The position numbers were made by a program, and so were the translations under genes. Source: Promethearchaeota archaeon (GTDB taxonomy: Archaea; Asgardarchaeota; Lokiarchaeia; Sigyniarchaeales; SOKP01). Taken from it: a DNA stretch of 64,000 nucleotides. The DNA is taken from contig JAHPZI010000022.1 in assembly GCA_019058295.1 (NCBI GenBank), positions 1 through 64,000 of the forward strand. Direction: 5' to 3'. Shown piece after piece: positions 47,733-58,645 of the stretch. Positions within the stretch are counted from its first letter, which is position 1. Each line of letters starts with the position of its first letter. The notes under the pieces were generated by a model. That model was not told the DNA's origin and ran no database searches. It saw only the letters and a program-made list of their open reading frames with translations.

Positions 47733-48923
47733 TTATTTCCTCATCTTAAGAAATTTCCCTGATTTCATTAATTCACATGGTTTAAAGTATTCTTTACCCG
47801 ACTTCTTTACGAAATCCTCTAATAATTTTGACCATTTTTCATAATTCCTTTTACCAGCACCAAACGGTCCAGGCATACTCATTCCGGCTAACATTGTATC
47901 ATCAATGACCTTATATCCAGAAACGACACCTTCCTCTAAAAGTCTACAACCTTCATTTAATTGAACTGCCATGAATAGATCGAAATCAATGAGATTTGCT
48001 TTTTCTGCTTCATTTATGATGGGTTTACCATCTTTCTTCCATTCATAGAAACCTCTTCCAGTTTTTCTTCCTAAATTACCCTCATTAATTAATTTAGTAA
48101 TAGCTTTACTGGGAGCAAAATCTGGAGAGAGAACTTCCTCAAAATATTTTAATGTGTTATAGATGGTATCTAACCCTAAATAATCTAATCTCGCACATGG
48201 ACCTAATTCTTGTAGATCTTTAACATCAGCATCAAGACTTTCCCATGGGAGTCCTTTTTTCATCGTTTCATCAAAGAGCCAGTTTAGATACGCACTACTT
48301 GCTATAGTTAATCTATTTACAATAAATCCCGGGCTCTCTTTTTCAATTCGAGCAATAAATCTTTTTCCCTTAAGACATGGAAGTTTCTGGCCAACTGAAA
48401 TAGTAATTTCCATAGTTTCTTCGGATGTTTTCTCTCCTTTAATTACTTCAATTAAACGTAAAACTGGAATAGGGATAAAATAGTGCATACCAACCACTTT
48501 ATCTGATCTATTACAACTCTCAGCAATTTTAGAAATGCTCATAGTAGAAGTATTTGTTGCTAAAACCGCATGTTCCGGAGCAAATTCCCCTAATTTTTTA
48601 AATAATTCCTGTTTAAGGTTCATTTTTTCTGGTATTGCTTCAACAATAAAATCTGCCTTTTGTACAGCCTTAACTAAATCTAATTCTTTCATGAGTTTAT
48701 TCATGAGCAAATCAGTGGTAAAACCCTGACTTAACTTACCTTTTCCTTCGATCTTTTTCAAGCCGTTTTCAATGTAAATACTTGCATCTTCAAGGGCCTT
48801 TTGACTAATGTCGTTTAATATAACTTTTTTAAAACCAGCCATCAGAGAAACTTGAGCGATTTCACGCCCCATGACTCCCGCTCCGATAACGGTAAATGTC
48901 TTAATATTACTAATATCGACCAT
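47733..48923 (-). CDS. 3-hydroxyacyl-CoA dehydrogenase
   Basis: GAGVMG, EAIPE, ATNTST, GMHY, PGFIVNR, LGRKTGRGFY. Confidence 0.93.
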   Translation of the reverse strand: MVDISNIKTFTVIGAGVMGREIAQVSLMAGFKKVILNDISQKALEDASIYIENGLKKIEGKGKLSQGFTTDLLMNKLMKELDLVKAVQKADFIVEAIPEKMNLKQELFKKLGEFAPEHAVLATNTSTMSISKIAESCNRSDKVVGMHYFIPIPVLRLIEVIKGEKTSEETMEITISVGQKLPCLKGKRFIARIEKESPGFIVNRLTIASSAYLNWLFDETMKKGLPWESLDADVKDLQELGPCARLDYLGLDTIYNTLKYFEEVLSPDFAPSKAITKLINEGNLGRKTGRGFYEWKKDGKPIINEAEKANLIDFDLFMAVQLNEGCRLLEEGVVSGYKVIDDTMLAGMSMPGPFGAGKRNYEKWSKLLEDFVKKSGKEYFKPCELMKSGKFLKMRK

Positions 48924-48960
48924 TTTTAATCACTAAATTAATATTAATAAATTTATATAT

Positions 48961-50031
48961 TTAGAGAATAGAAACAATATACCACGTAAGGAGCATTGTA
49001 CCTATTCCTAGAAAAATAGATATTGGTAGTCCTGGTAAGATTTTATTTTTTTTTAATCCTTGAATTGTAATTCCAGTTCCGATCATTATAGCAATGGCAG
49101 TTAAAATCATTACTATTAAACTGCCAGTTATTATTAATGCAGCTGAAGTTAACATGCTATAAAATGCTAAGTCACCAATTCCAATTTCTAATTTTGAAGT
49201 ATCATATATAGCCTCACCACTCTCAATTTTCTTTGCTAATTCCTCTTCTGATAATTCTTCCTCAGTATTATTTTGGGAAGCAATATCGATCATTTGTTTT
49301 ATTGGCCCGCTTTTAGCTTTTACAGCAAAAATGTCCCATATCGAGAATCCAATTAGTATAGCTAAAGTGGTCCAAAGTGGCATGATGACTCCAAACATAG
49401 CTCCAACTAAAAAACTTACGTATAAAACAAAGAAATTTTTAGTTAAATAAGATTTAGTAGTAAAATACTTATAAAGCATAATAATTATAAAAGCTCCAGA
49501 ACCGAATAAAATAATATAACTAACAATGATATAATATATAAAAACGATTTCAGTATTCGGCAAATTATAGAAAATTATATATGTTATAATTTCGGCAAAG
49601 AAATAAGTTAAAATGAATCCAAGAAATCCAAATGAAAAACCAAAAACAAATTTTAGAATCCCTATTCCGAACTTTTTAACTAAGAAAATGATAATGAAAG
49701 AAGATATCGCTGCAACCAAAACAAAGATTAATCCATTTATTAAGCCAGCAGTTAACCCATATTCTTCTTCTGAAATATAGCCGCCTTCTACTTGGACACC
49801 TGCTAATACATAAGTAGCATAAGCTAAAAAACCCGCACATATAACAGCTATAATTATAGGAAGTGGATATAAATTGCGAGAAATCCTAAAAGTTGGGAAA
49901 AAATGGGGAATAAAATCCTTTTCGATTATTTCACTTTCTGATTGTTTTTCAGCTAAGGTATTTTTTAATTTTTCTCGTTCAGCTTCTACTTCAATTGAGG
50001 AATCATTTGTATCTTCTGGTTTATCTGACAT
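48961..50031 (-). CDS. presenilin-like intramembrane aspartyl protease (A22)
   Basis: WDIFAV...GP, GIGDLAFYSML, LPGLPISI; 9 TM segments. Confidence 0.9.
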   Translation of the reverse strand: MSDKPEDTNDSSIEVEAEREKLKNTLAEKQSESEIIEKDFIPHFFPTFRISRNLYPLPIIIAVICAGFLAYATYVLAGVQVEGGYISEEEYGLTAGLINGLIFVLVAAISSFIIIFLVKKFGIGILKFVFGFSFGFLGFILTYFFAEIITYIIFYNLPNTEIVFIYYIIVSYIILFGSGAFIIIMLYKYFTTKSYLTKNFFVLYVSFLVGAMFGVIMPLWTTLAILIGFSIWDIFAVKAKSGPIKQMIDIASQNNTEEELSEEELAKKIESGEAIYDTSKLEIGIGDLAFYSMLTSAALIITGSLIVMILTAIAIMIGTGITIQGLKKNKILPGLPISIFLGIGTMLLTWYIVSIL

Positions 50032-50161
50032 AATGATAAAAAAGTTTGTTTAAATATTATATGAATTAATTTATTATATCTTTAATGACTTAAAAAGTAT
50101 AAAATTATAAACTAGAACTAATTAAAATTTTAGAAAAGAAAGATATTAACCTCTAAGAAAA

Positions 50162-51403
50162 TCAGAAATTCACTCTAGGTAGGTGTTGTACAAATTCTTT
50201 GACTAATTCTACTCGATGTTTTCTTTCTTTATTATAATATCTAAGCGGATACAACTCGTCAATTGTAAATTTATACAGTTTAATCCATGTTTCAGCAATT
50301 TTACTAACTCTATAATTTTCAGCGATTTTTTGAGCATTTTTTCCAAACTCTGCCCTAAGATCGTCGTCTTTAAATAATTTTATAACATAATCAGCGAACT
50401 CATCTAAATCATCCGCAAGATATCCAGTTTGTCCGTGTCTAATTACATCGCTAATACCATATCCATTAGCACCTACACTTGGAGTCCCTTGTGCCATTGC
50501 TTCTATCAATACAAGCCCTTCTGCTTCAACCCAAGACCATAAACAGGTAAGATCGGCAGTGTTAAATAACTTCAATAAATCATTGAAGGGCACTCTTCCA
50601 GCACAGCTAACATAATCTAATTTACTTGATAAACTCTCTACATATTCAGATGAGGGTCCATCACTTCCAACGATCAAGAGATGAGAATCTGGTACCTTTT
50701 TATGAATTTGCTTGAATTTTTTAATAACGCTTATCATGTGCTTTTCGGGGGACTTTCGAGAGGCATATAGTAAAAGTTTATCATTAGGAGATACATCGTA
50801 TTTTTCTCGGATTCCATTTCTCTTTAAATTTTGAAAATAGTGATCATGGATTCCATTTGTAAAATAAACAATTGGTTCTTTGAATTTATTATCTCTTAAT
50901 TGTTGCTTTTTAGATTTAGTAGCAACATGTATTAAATCATATTTATTAAGTACATGACGTTCATAATTCCATAATATTGAAGATTTGGATATAAGCTTGC
51001 CGATAAGTGGAAAATACTGTCCAGCATAAAATTGAAGAGGAGAATTATGCGTTCCTATCATTGGGATTCCTAGATATTTGCACCAGTTTATAGCCATGCT
51101 CCCGATTGTAGTGTGTGTCATTATATGACCAATATCTAAATGGTCGTGAGGGCAAAAGAAAATTTTATGAATAGGGACACAAATTACAAATTCGGTGCTA
51201 CCTCGGAGTCTTGCACCCCCAAGATCGTGAAGATATAAATTATTAGGTGTTTCATAACCATTTGTAATTTTTGGTGCAAAAACATGAACGTTATGTCCAG
51301 TTTTAGCAATTGCCTCTGATAAAAATCTCACAGCATGAGCAGTACCGTTTGTTTGCGAATACATCACGCTAAAAAATCCTATATCGAGTACTTGCTTAGC
51401 CAT
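50162..51403 (-). CDS. GT4 glycosyltransferase (1,2-diacylglycerol glucosyltransferase-like)
   Basis: NG, R..PEK, EAEGLVLIEAMAQGTP. Confidence 0.88.
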   Translation of the reverse strand: MAKQVLDIGFFSVMYSQTNGTAHAVRFLSEAIAKTGHNVHVFAPKITNGYETPNNLYLHDLGGARLRGSTEFVICVPIHKIFFCPHDHLDIGHIMTHTTIGSMAINWCKYLGIPMIGTHNSPLQFYAGQYFPLIGKLISKSSILWNYERHVLNKYDLIHVATKSKKQQLRDNKFKEPIVYFTNGIHDHYFQNLKRNGIREKYDVSPNDKLLLYASRKSPEKHMISVIKKFKQIHKKVPDSHLLIVGSDGPSSEYVESLSSKLDYVSCAGRVPFNDLLKLFNTADLTCLWSWVEAEGLVLIEAMAQGTPSVGANGYGISDVIRHGQTGYLADDLDEFADYVIKLFKDDDLRAEFGKNAQKIAENYRVSKIAETWIKLYKFTIDELYPLRYYNKERKHRVELVKEFVQHLPRVNF

Positions 51404-51636
51404 ATTTTATATCCTAAAATTAATGTAATATTTAATCAAATGATTGTCTTATTAATAAATAATTTGCTTTATTAAAAAAATATTAATTTCTTAATAAGTT
51501 AATATTTCTATCTTTTCCTCTCTAATTTATACATCTTTTCAAAAAAAAATTTAGTAAAAAATTTATATAAAGTTTAATCAAAAAATTTTTTTGACTTCCA
51601 TAATTATTTAATTTACAAATCGAGAGTGTATGAAAT

Positions 51637-51810
51637 ATGGAAGATGAAAAGAAAATAATTGAAGATATAATAAATCAAAGAAGATTACCTTATTCTATTC
51701 AGATTGTAAAAATTGAAGGAGATAACTATACAATAACTAATAATTTTGGGAGCAAAATTGTATATATAAAGAAAGGAGAGAATTATTTTCTAGAAGAAGA
51801 ATTAAAATAA
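51637..51810 (+). CDS. small hypothetical protein (57 aa)
   Basis: MEDEKKIIEDIINQRRLPYSIQIVKIEGDNYTITNNFGSKIVYIKKGENYFLEEELK; purine-rich coding-like island in an AT-rich spacer; below track cutoff. Confidence 0.65.
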   Translation: MEDEKKIIEDIINQRRLPYSIQIVKIEGDNYTITNNFGSKIVYIKKGENYFLEEELK

Positions 51811-52006
51811 AGATAATTATTTATTTATGATTTATAAATAAAGGTTATTCCTATAACTCTTTCATGGATTGAATTCAGAACTTTTATATAGATTTATGAG
51901 ATTTTTTTTAAATATTATATTAATAAAATAAATTAGATAAGAATTTAAGACTAAAGTTTTTTATTTTAAATAATTAAAACATTTTTTTAATATTAATAAT
52001 AAAACC

Positions 52007-53098
52007 ATGCGGCGCCGTCGAGTAAGGTCAGATAATACAGAGAGTAAAAAGTTCGAAAAATTTCGATCTGTTGTTGATGATAGTACTTCTCTATCAATAT
52101 ATAATAAAGGAGGAGAACGTTCATTTGTTGTTATTCGTAAAGACTTAGTAAAAGATTATGAGATTGAAGTACAACCATCTGAAGCTCCAATTTTAAATAA
52201 AGTATTAACCGAACCAGAGCCTTATGAAAGTTCCTGTGCCGATATTAAAATTTTAGAGGATGCTGTGTTTCCCGTAAACGATGCAATTAAAAAGGTATTT
52301 GGTGACACGAAGGATCTTAAATTGCATAGAATTAAATTAGCTATTGGTGGAAGTAATACCGATTATGTTACAGTTGAGGAACAAGATTTAAGAAAATTCG
52401 ATGTAAAACCTACTCTTGATGGATTAATGGATTTTATTAAAGAAAATCGCGAGAGTATATTAGGATTCTTGGATCGGGAATATATTAACGAAGAAGGCAA
52501 TCTTATATACATAGATTGTATAAAAAAAAGTGTTTCAGATAATATTTTTTCAATTAAGTTAAAGATTTTAGCTTCAATGCATCAAAGGGGCTTTTTTCTT
52601 CAACAGGAGCATAAATACTATGGACTTCAACTTTATATTATTATTGAATCAAGAAAAACTGATGATGATAGATTATTAGAGTTATTAAAAGAACTTGGAA
52701 TCGATTGGGAATTAATATTTTTTAGAAGACGGTTAGCCATCCACGATTGGACAGAAATAGAGTGTGAAAGAAATTCTGAAAATTTAAGGAGCTATTTGCG
52801 CTCTAAGCATGAAACTTTAAATTATTTTGATGTAAATAATATTACTCGATTAGTGATTAAAAATCAATTACCTTTCATTGTAGCTGATAAAATGGCTTCT
52901 TTGTTATTTCAAATGAAGGAAGAGCGAGCTGCTCAACTTCAAGAAGATGGATATTCAGTAACGCTAAAAAAAGCTGAAATTGTGGCAGCGGCTAAACTTG
53001 CATGTGCTTATTTAGGAATTCAAGCGGAGATACAATATGATAGAGATATTTCTATGGAGGATGTTTTAAAATACGAGGAAGAACTCTCTAATATGTAA
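52007..53098 (+). CDS. hypothetical protein
   Basis: 363-aa soluble ORF, no recognised motif. Confidence 0.75.
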   Translation: MRRRRVRSDNTESKKFEKFRSVVDDSTSLSIYNKGGERSFVVIRKDLVKDYEIEVQPSEAPILNKVLTEPEPYESSCADIKILEDAVFPVNDAIKKVFGDTKDLKLHRIKLAIGGSNTDYVTVEEQDLRKFDVKPTLDGLMDFIKENRESILGFLDREYINEEGNLIYIDCIKKSVSDNIFSIKLKILASMHQRGFFLQQEHKYYGLQLYIIIESRKTDDDRLLELLKELGIDWELIFFRRRLAIHDWTEIECERNSENLRSYLRSKHETLNYFDVNNITRLVIKNQLPFIVADKMASLLFQMKEERAAQLQEDGYSVTLKKAEIVAAAKLACAYLGIQAEIQYDRDISMEDVLKYEEELSNM

Positions 53099-53171
53099 AT
53101 TCTCTTTTTCTAAAATACGGAAAGAATATATTTAAAAAAAAAAATCGGATTATAGAAAAGAAAAATAATAT

Positions 53172-54158
53172 TTAACTTAATCCGTAAGATTGCTTTAATA
53201 ACTCGTGATTTTTTTCTCCTACAATTATAGAATTTCCAGTTTTTATATTTTTTACCTTATATATTGCTGGAGCAAATAATCCTGGATCAATTTTATAAAA
53301 ATCATAATTAGCTTCTTTAAAAATTTTATTGAATGGTTTTCCATAGCTAGATGATTGATTAGCAGGGGCAGCTTTAATCAGTTCAAACAATTCTGCTTCT
53401 TTCTCTTTTTCTGCATTAATTGTATAAGAGGTTTCTCCAGCAAAAATAATGGAATCGTTGGTAAGTCCCATTGCTGCGAAATCATCCTTAGCAATAGGAG
53501 CTATTGGAGCGGTTCCAAAACCATCCTGGATAACTTCTAATGGAAAATGCAGCTCATGAAATTTATGTATACCTGTTTCAACTACTCTAGCAGAAACTTG
53601 AATAGATCCTGTTAAGCAAGCAGTGGGAGCACACACAGCATATGTTTTACTAGGATCAACATTACATTTTTCTGTAACTATTGCCATGACTTCATCGTTT
53701 GGCATTTTTCTTGTTTCAAAGACAATGATTGCACAATCAGAATCGTCATTATATTTAATCTCTTCAAATAATTTTTCAACTTTCGCCTTTGCTCGTGCTG
53801 GTCCCGAACCTAATGATTGAAACACTACTTTCTTCTTTATTTTTCCGTCCTTTTCTACTTCTTTTTTTAATTTTACGCTCCAACCGGCTAATTGAGAAGC
53901 CATACAGGAAATTATTGGTTCTGATGTAGTTACTTTAACAGAATCTAGTTTATGCCCATCTAAGTCGTAAGAGCCTAATTCTACAGATCCTAAACCCCCC
54001 ATACAAATCTCAGCGACAATTTTTCCACCAATATTCGAAGCATTTGTGCAATCTATAACTGTAGAACCATTGCTCAATTCGATTACTTCGATATTATAAT
54101 TCAACTTATTATCTATTAACTTCTTTACTAATTCTAAAGAAAGTTCATTTATCTTCAT
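53172..54158 (-). CDS. mch: methenyltetrahydromethanopterin cyclohydrolase
   Basis: EICMGGLG, SQLAGW, GSGPARA, GSIQVSARVVETG.HK, FYKIDPGLFAPA. Confidence 0.95.
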   Translation of the reverse strand: MKINELSLELVKKLIDNKLNYNIEVIELSNGSTVIDCTNASNIGGKIVAEICMGGLGSVELGSYDLDGHKLDSVKVTTSEPIISCMASQLAGWSVKLKKEVEKDGKIKKKVVFQSLGSGPARAKAKVEKLFEEIKYNDDSDCAIIVFETRKMPNDEVMAIVTEKCNVDPSKTYAVCAPTACLTGSIQVSARVVETGIHKFHELHFPLEVIQDGFGTAPIAPIAKDDFAAMGLTNDSIIFAGETSYTINAEKEKEAELFELIKAAPANQSSSYGKPFNKIFKEANYDFYKIDPGLFAPAIYKVKNIKTGNSIIVGEKNHELLKQSYGLS

Positions 54159-54232
54159 TTTAATTGCCTAAATTTTTTATTTTTATTCCTTCATAAATAA
54201 TTTTTGGATTATTAAATATATTTTTATATATA

Positions 54233-55792
54233 TTGTTAAATAAGAAATTAAGGAATATTTTTGATTCTTTGAAAATGTATGATCCAGCTAAAAAATTAGA
54301 AAATTTAAAGGTTGACCTTGAGAATGCTAAAAGTTATTTTTTTAAGAATATTGAAAAGATGGAGTCAACGGTTCATATTTATACCCATATAGATGCGGAT
54401 GGCCTAGCAGCGGGGGCAATTCTTGGAAAAGCACTTTATAGGGCAAATATTCCTTTTCAAATTACAGTACTTAGACAATTAGAGAGGGAAGAAATTCTAA
54501 AAATAGCAAATAGTGAAACTAATAATTTCATTATTTTTTCTGATTTTGGGAGTGGTCAATATTTAGAACTTCAGGAAAAATTAATTGAAAATGGTCATTT
54601 AGCTCCTTTTATAATTTTAGATCACCATTTACCTCAAAATATCGCTAATAAGGAAGACTTTGATTCCATCAAAGATATTCATCAAAAAACAACTCCTTGG
54701 CAAATAAATCCATATTTTTATGATATCGATGGGAGTACAGAGATATCGGGAGCAGGACTTTGTTATTACTTTGCAAAGTGTTTAAACGAAAAAAATTTAG
54801 ACCTCTCTCCAGTAGCGATCGTCGGTGCTATTGGAGATATACAGAATCAAGGTACGAACAGATCTTTTATGGGATTAAATTCACTGATTGTAGACGAGGC
54901 GAAAAGAAATGGATATATTGAGATTATTGATGATTTAAATTTCACATCATTAAAGCCTTTAAACGAAGCTATTGCCTATTCATCTGAAATAATATTACCG
55001 GGATTGACTAACAATGTTAATAGAACATTAAAATTTTTACAGACTTTAGGTATTTTAATGGAGAATTCTGAAGGGAATGTAAGAACTTTACAAGATTTAA
55101 ATAAGGATGAAAAACAAAAACTATCGAGTGCGATAATTGAATATGCGTCTCTTAAATTAGATATTGAACCAAGTGAAATTATTAAAAAACTAATTGTAAA
55201 TCGTTATTTGATAAAAAATGAAATTAATTATTCAGATCTTTATGATTCAAGAGAATTTTCATTTATTCTAAATGCTTGTGGAAGAACTAATAATGCGGCT
55301 TTAGGAATTGCTATTGCAATGGGAGATAGGAAAAATTCCTATGAACAAGCTAAAGATAATCAATTAAATTATAAAAAATTACTCATGAAAGGACTTTCAT
55401 GGATTAAAGAAAATGATAAAATACAGCAAATGGATTTTATTCAATACTTTTTTGGAGAAGATATAATTCCAGAAAATATTATTGGAACAGTTTCCTCAAT
55501 GTTAATTAGAAGCAAGCTTATTAATATAATGAAACCAATTTTTGGAGTAGCCCTCCGAGAAGATGATGATGTATACAAAATCTCAGGAAGGGCTCATGAA
55601 CAAATTGTAGATAAAGGAGTAAATCTTTCAGAAGCAATTAGAGAGGCACTAAAACTTACAAACTTAGATTCTTTAGGTGGCGGACATCCTCCCGCAGCTG
55701 GTACTATCGTTCCTGTCAATAAAATCGATCTTTTTTTAGAAAATTGTAATGAAATTATTAAAAAGCAATTAAAAACTTTAAACAATTTGTAA
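54233..55792 (+). CDS. RecJ/GAN-like DHH phosphoesterase
   Basis: HIDADG, DFGS, LDHH, GDIQ, GGGHPPAAG; start may be ATG (MYDPAKK). Confidence 0.9.
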   Translation: MLNKKLRNIFDSLKMYDPAKKLENLKVDLENAKSYFFKNIEKMESTVHIYTHIDADGLAAGAILGKALYRANIPFQITVLRQLEREEILKIANSETNNFIIFSDFGSGQYLELQEKLIENGHLAPFIILDHHLPQNIANKEDFDSIKDIHQKTTPWQINPYFYDIDGSTEISGAGLCYYFAKCLNEKNLDLSPVAIVGAIGDIQNQGTNRSFMGLNSLIVDEAKRNGYIEIIDDLNFTSLKPLNEAIAYSSEIILPGLTNNVNRTLKFLQTLGILMENSEGNVRTLQDLNKDEKQKLSSAIIEYASLKLDIEPSEIIKKLIVNRYLIKNEINYSDLYDSREFSFILNACGRTNNAALGIAIAMGDRKNSYEQAKDNQLNYKKLLMKGLSWIKENDKIQQMDFIQYFFGEDIIPENIIGTVSSMLIRSKLINIMKPIFGVALREDDDVYKISGRAHEQIVDKGVNLSEAIREALKLTNLDSLGGGHPPAAGTIVPVNKIDLFLENCNEIIKKQLKTLNNL

Positions 55793-55807
55793 AACCTTTT
55801 AATCCAC

Positions 55808-57106
55808 TTATATTTTGTAAACCTCTCCTATTTCTGGAGCAACAGAACTATAAGATTTTTTTGCCATCTCGTTTGCTAAAGTAGTAGTAGCTTCTTTATC
55901 TCCGTGAATACAAAAGATAAATTTTGAATCATCACGAAATCTTAAATCTTCAATGTATTGGCGAAGATGAGCACCGTCAGCATGACTTGAGAAGTCAAAA
56001 TAATCGTAATCGCATTTAGCTTCAATTTTAAAATCTTCCATATATCCTCGTCTATATTTTTCCTTAAATTCAATAACTCCATTATCTAAAAGACTTCTTC
56101 CAGGGGATCCTTCAACTTGGTATCCAATTAAATAAATAGCTGAATTTGGATCTTTTAAAAAAGATTTTACAAATTCAATAGCGGCACCCCCTTTTAACAT
56201 ACCAGAAGGAGCTATAATCACTCCATTAGATTTCTTTGCTATATTTCTTCCCTTTCTTGATAAAAATTGAGCTTTATTTAGTGCTTTTCTATACATTTTT
56301 ATATTCTTAAGAGATTCAGGAAAATTTAATAAAAGAGTAGATATTTTTCTTGCCAATCCATCAATAAAGATTTTGCCCTCATAACCATATTTTTGTAGTA
56401 TTAATAAGGCTTCTTGAGAACGAGCCACTCCAAAAGCAGGAACAAGAACTTTTCCACCGTTTTCAGTTATATCTATTATATTTTCTGCAAAATTTTTCTC
56501 AAGATCCTCTCTACTTGGATGATTTCTAAGAGTATATGTACTTTCAGTAATTAAAGCATCAATTTCTGGTATAAAAGAAGAGCTTGTCGGATTAACTAAA
56601 TTTGTTATTTGATTATTAATATCTCCTGTATATAAAATTATCTTATTATCTACTTCTATTAAAATTGAAACACTTCCAGGGATATGCCCAGCATTAATAA
56701 ATGAGATATAAAAATCTTCACTTATTTTTTGACGCACTCCATTCTCTAAAAAGCGTGTATATTGCATCATTTTATTTAAATCTTTTAACCCAAAAGGGTA
56801 TGCATAATTTGATATTCTTATCATATCTCTTATAAGAATTTCAGTTATTTCTAGTGATACAGCATTAGTGAAGAGTGGTACAGAATTATTTTTAAAAATA
56901 AATGGCAATGCTCCTGAATGATCTATATGGCAATGGGTTAGAGCGATAGCTTTTAAATTACTATAATCAAAATCAAGAGGAAGTCTTTCCTTGCCTCGAA
57001 AACGAATTCCATAGTCAATGACACATTTTTCTTGGTTTTTAGACTCAATTAAAACGCCAGATCGACCAACTTCTCTGCAACCACCTAAAAATGTAATTTT
57101 TACCAT
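55808..57106 (-). CDS. beta-CASP metallo-beta-lactamase ribonuclease (aCPSF2-like)
   Basis: LGGCREVGRS, HCHIDH, AGHIPGS, TGD, SSHAD, IHGD; no KH domains. Confidence 0.9.
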   Translation of the reverse strand: MVKITFLGGCREVGRSGVLIESKNQEKCVIDYGIRFRGKERLPLDFDYSNLKAIALTHCHIDHSGALPFIFKNNSVPLFTNAVSLEITEILIRDMIRISNYAYPFGLKDLNKMMQYTRFLENGVRQKISEDFYISFINAGHIPGSVSILIEVDNKIILYTGDINNQITNLVNPTSSSFIPEIDALITESTYTLRNHPSREDLEKNFAENIIDITENGGKVLVPAFGVARSQEALLILQKYGYEGKIFIDGLARKISTLLLNFPESLKNIKMYRKALNKAQFLSRKGRNIAKKSNGVIIAPSGMLKGGAAIEFVKSFLKDPNSAIYLIGYQVEGSPGRSLLDNGVIEFKEKYRRGYMEDFKIEAKCDYDYFDFSSHADGAHLRQYIEDLRFRDDSKFIFCIHGDKEATTTLANEMAKKSYSSVAPEIGEVYKI

Positions 57107-57171
57107 TAGCTACAATATCCCCTAAAAAATTTAAAAAAAAAATAAATAGAAGCTACTAAAAATTAAAACTG

Positions 57172-57921
57172 TTATTTCATCTTTTTTATGGTATTAGTTA
57201 ATAAAGCGATAACATTATTAACATTTTTTCCAAAAACTTCTAATATTTCCTCCCAAGTAACAGGAGCCTCATCAACTTTCCAGCAATCATAATCAGTTGA
57301 CATTGCGACAGCTGCATATGGAATTCCTGCTTCATTTGCCAAAGCTGTTTCAGGGGCAATGCTCATGTTTATTACGTCTGCACCCCATATTCTAAACATA
57401 TTTGATTCAGCTCTCGTAGAAAATCTTGGACCTTCAATGGTAACCACTGTACCTTTTTCATGATGCTTAAGATTCAATTCCTTAGCGGTCTCTATAAGGA
57501 GATTTCTTAATTCTTCAGAATAGGGATCAGCCATAGGAGTATGCTTCATATCTCCAGGAGCAAATTCTTCAAAAAAAGAGATTTTCCTAAGTCTTGTGAA
57601 ATCGATAAATTGATCCAAAATAACTAAATCACCTCTATCAATTTTTTCTCTAAGGCTTCCGCAAGCAGTTGTTGCTAAGATATGAGTACAACCTTGATCT
57701 TTTAACGCCTGTATATTAGCCCTATAATTTACTTGCGTTGGAGGTATTGTATGCTCCCGTCCATGCCTAGCTATGAGAACAACCTCAACATCATGTATCT
57801 TGCCAATTTTTAAATTAGACGTAGGATTACCATAAGGTGTTTTAACTTTTATTTCTTTAACATCCTTTAAAATGTCAGGATTATCTAATCCTGAACCTCC
57901 AATTATTCCAATTTTTGCCAT
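57172..57921 (-). CDS. mtnP: S-methyl-5'-thioadenosine phosphorylase
   Basis: GIIGGSG, RHG..H.IPP, EGPRFSTRAES, TDYDCW. Confidence 0.95.
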   Translation of the reverse strand: MAKIGIIGGSGLDNPDILKDVKEIKVKTPYGNPTSNLKIGKIHDVEVVLIARHGREHTIPPTQVNYRANIQALKDQGCTHILATTACGSLREKIDRGDLVILDQFIDFTRLRKISFFEEFAPGDMKHTPMADPYSEELRNLLIETAKELNLKHHEKGTVVTIEGPRFSTRAESNMFRIWGADVINMSIAPETALANEAGIPYAAVAMSTDYDCWKVDEAPVTWEEILEVFGKNVNNVIALLTNTIKKMK

Positions 57922-57944
57922 AAACTTCCCCAGTTTCTTATATT

Positions 57945-58472
57945 TTATTCCTCAACAGGAATTTCTAAAAGAGTAAAAATATCATATCCTTTTAATTTGT
58001 CTCTTCCATGTAAACTACCCGTAAGTTCTATTATAAAAGCTATTCCTTCAACAGTACCTCCTGATTTTTCAACAAGATTACAAGCTGCCTTAGCCGTTCC
58101 TCCTGTTGCTAATAAATCATCAAATATTAATACCTTTTCGCCTTTTTCAATCGCATCACTATGCATTTCAATGGAATCGGTACCATACTCTAATTCATAA
58201 GTCTCGATAATTGTGTTTGCAGGTAGTTTACCAGGTTTTCTCATTAATATAAATCCCGCACCTAATTGATATGCGATAACACCTCCCCAAACATAACCTC
58301 TAGCTTCAATTGCAGCAACTTTTTCTATTCCTTTTTTCTTATAATGCTTAATTATCTTATCACAAGACTCTTTAAAAGCAGAATAATTTTTGCATAAGGT
58401 AGTTACATCTTTAAACTGAATCCCGGGTTTAGGAAAATCGGGAACATTTCTTATATGTTTTTCCAAATCCAT
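57945..58472 (-). CDS. apt: adenine phosphoribosyltransferase
   Basis: PDFPKPGIQFKD, EARG, RKPGKLP, LEYG, DDLLATGGT. Confidence 0.96.
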   Translation of the reverse strand: MDLEKHIRNVPDFPKPGIQFKDVTTLCKNYSAFKESCDKIIKHYKKKGIEKVAAIEARGYVWGGVIAYQLGAGFILMRKPGKLPANTIIETYELEYGTDSIEMHSDAIEKGEKVLIFDDLLATGGTAKAACNLVEKSGGTVEGIAFIIELTGSLHGRDKLKGYDIFTLLEIPVEE

Positions 58473-58645
58473 AATTAAAAACTCGTCTTTTTTTATGTTT
58501 CAATTATTTTTAACTAATTAAATTTAAAATAATATTTAATATTTTTATTCAAGAAGAATTTACAAAAAATTAAATAAACTGATTAAATGTTATATTATAA
58601 TAAATGTAAATCTTCATATATTTATCATTTAAAGGTGAAATTTCG

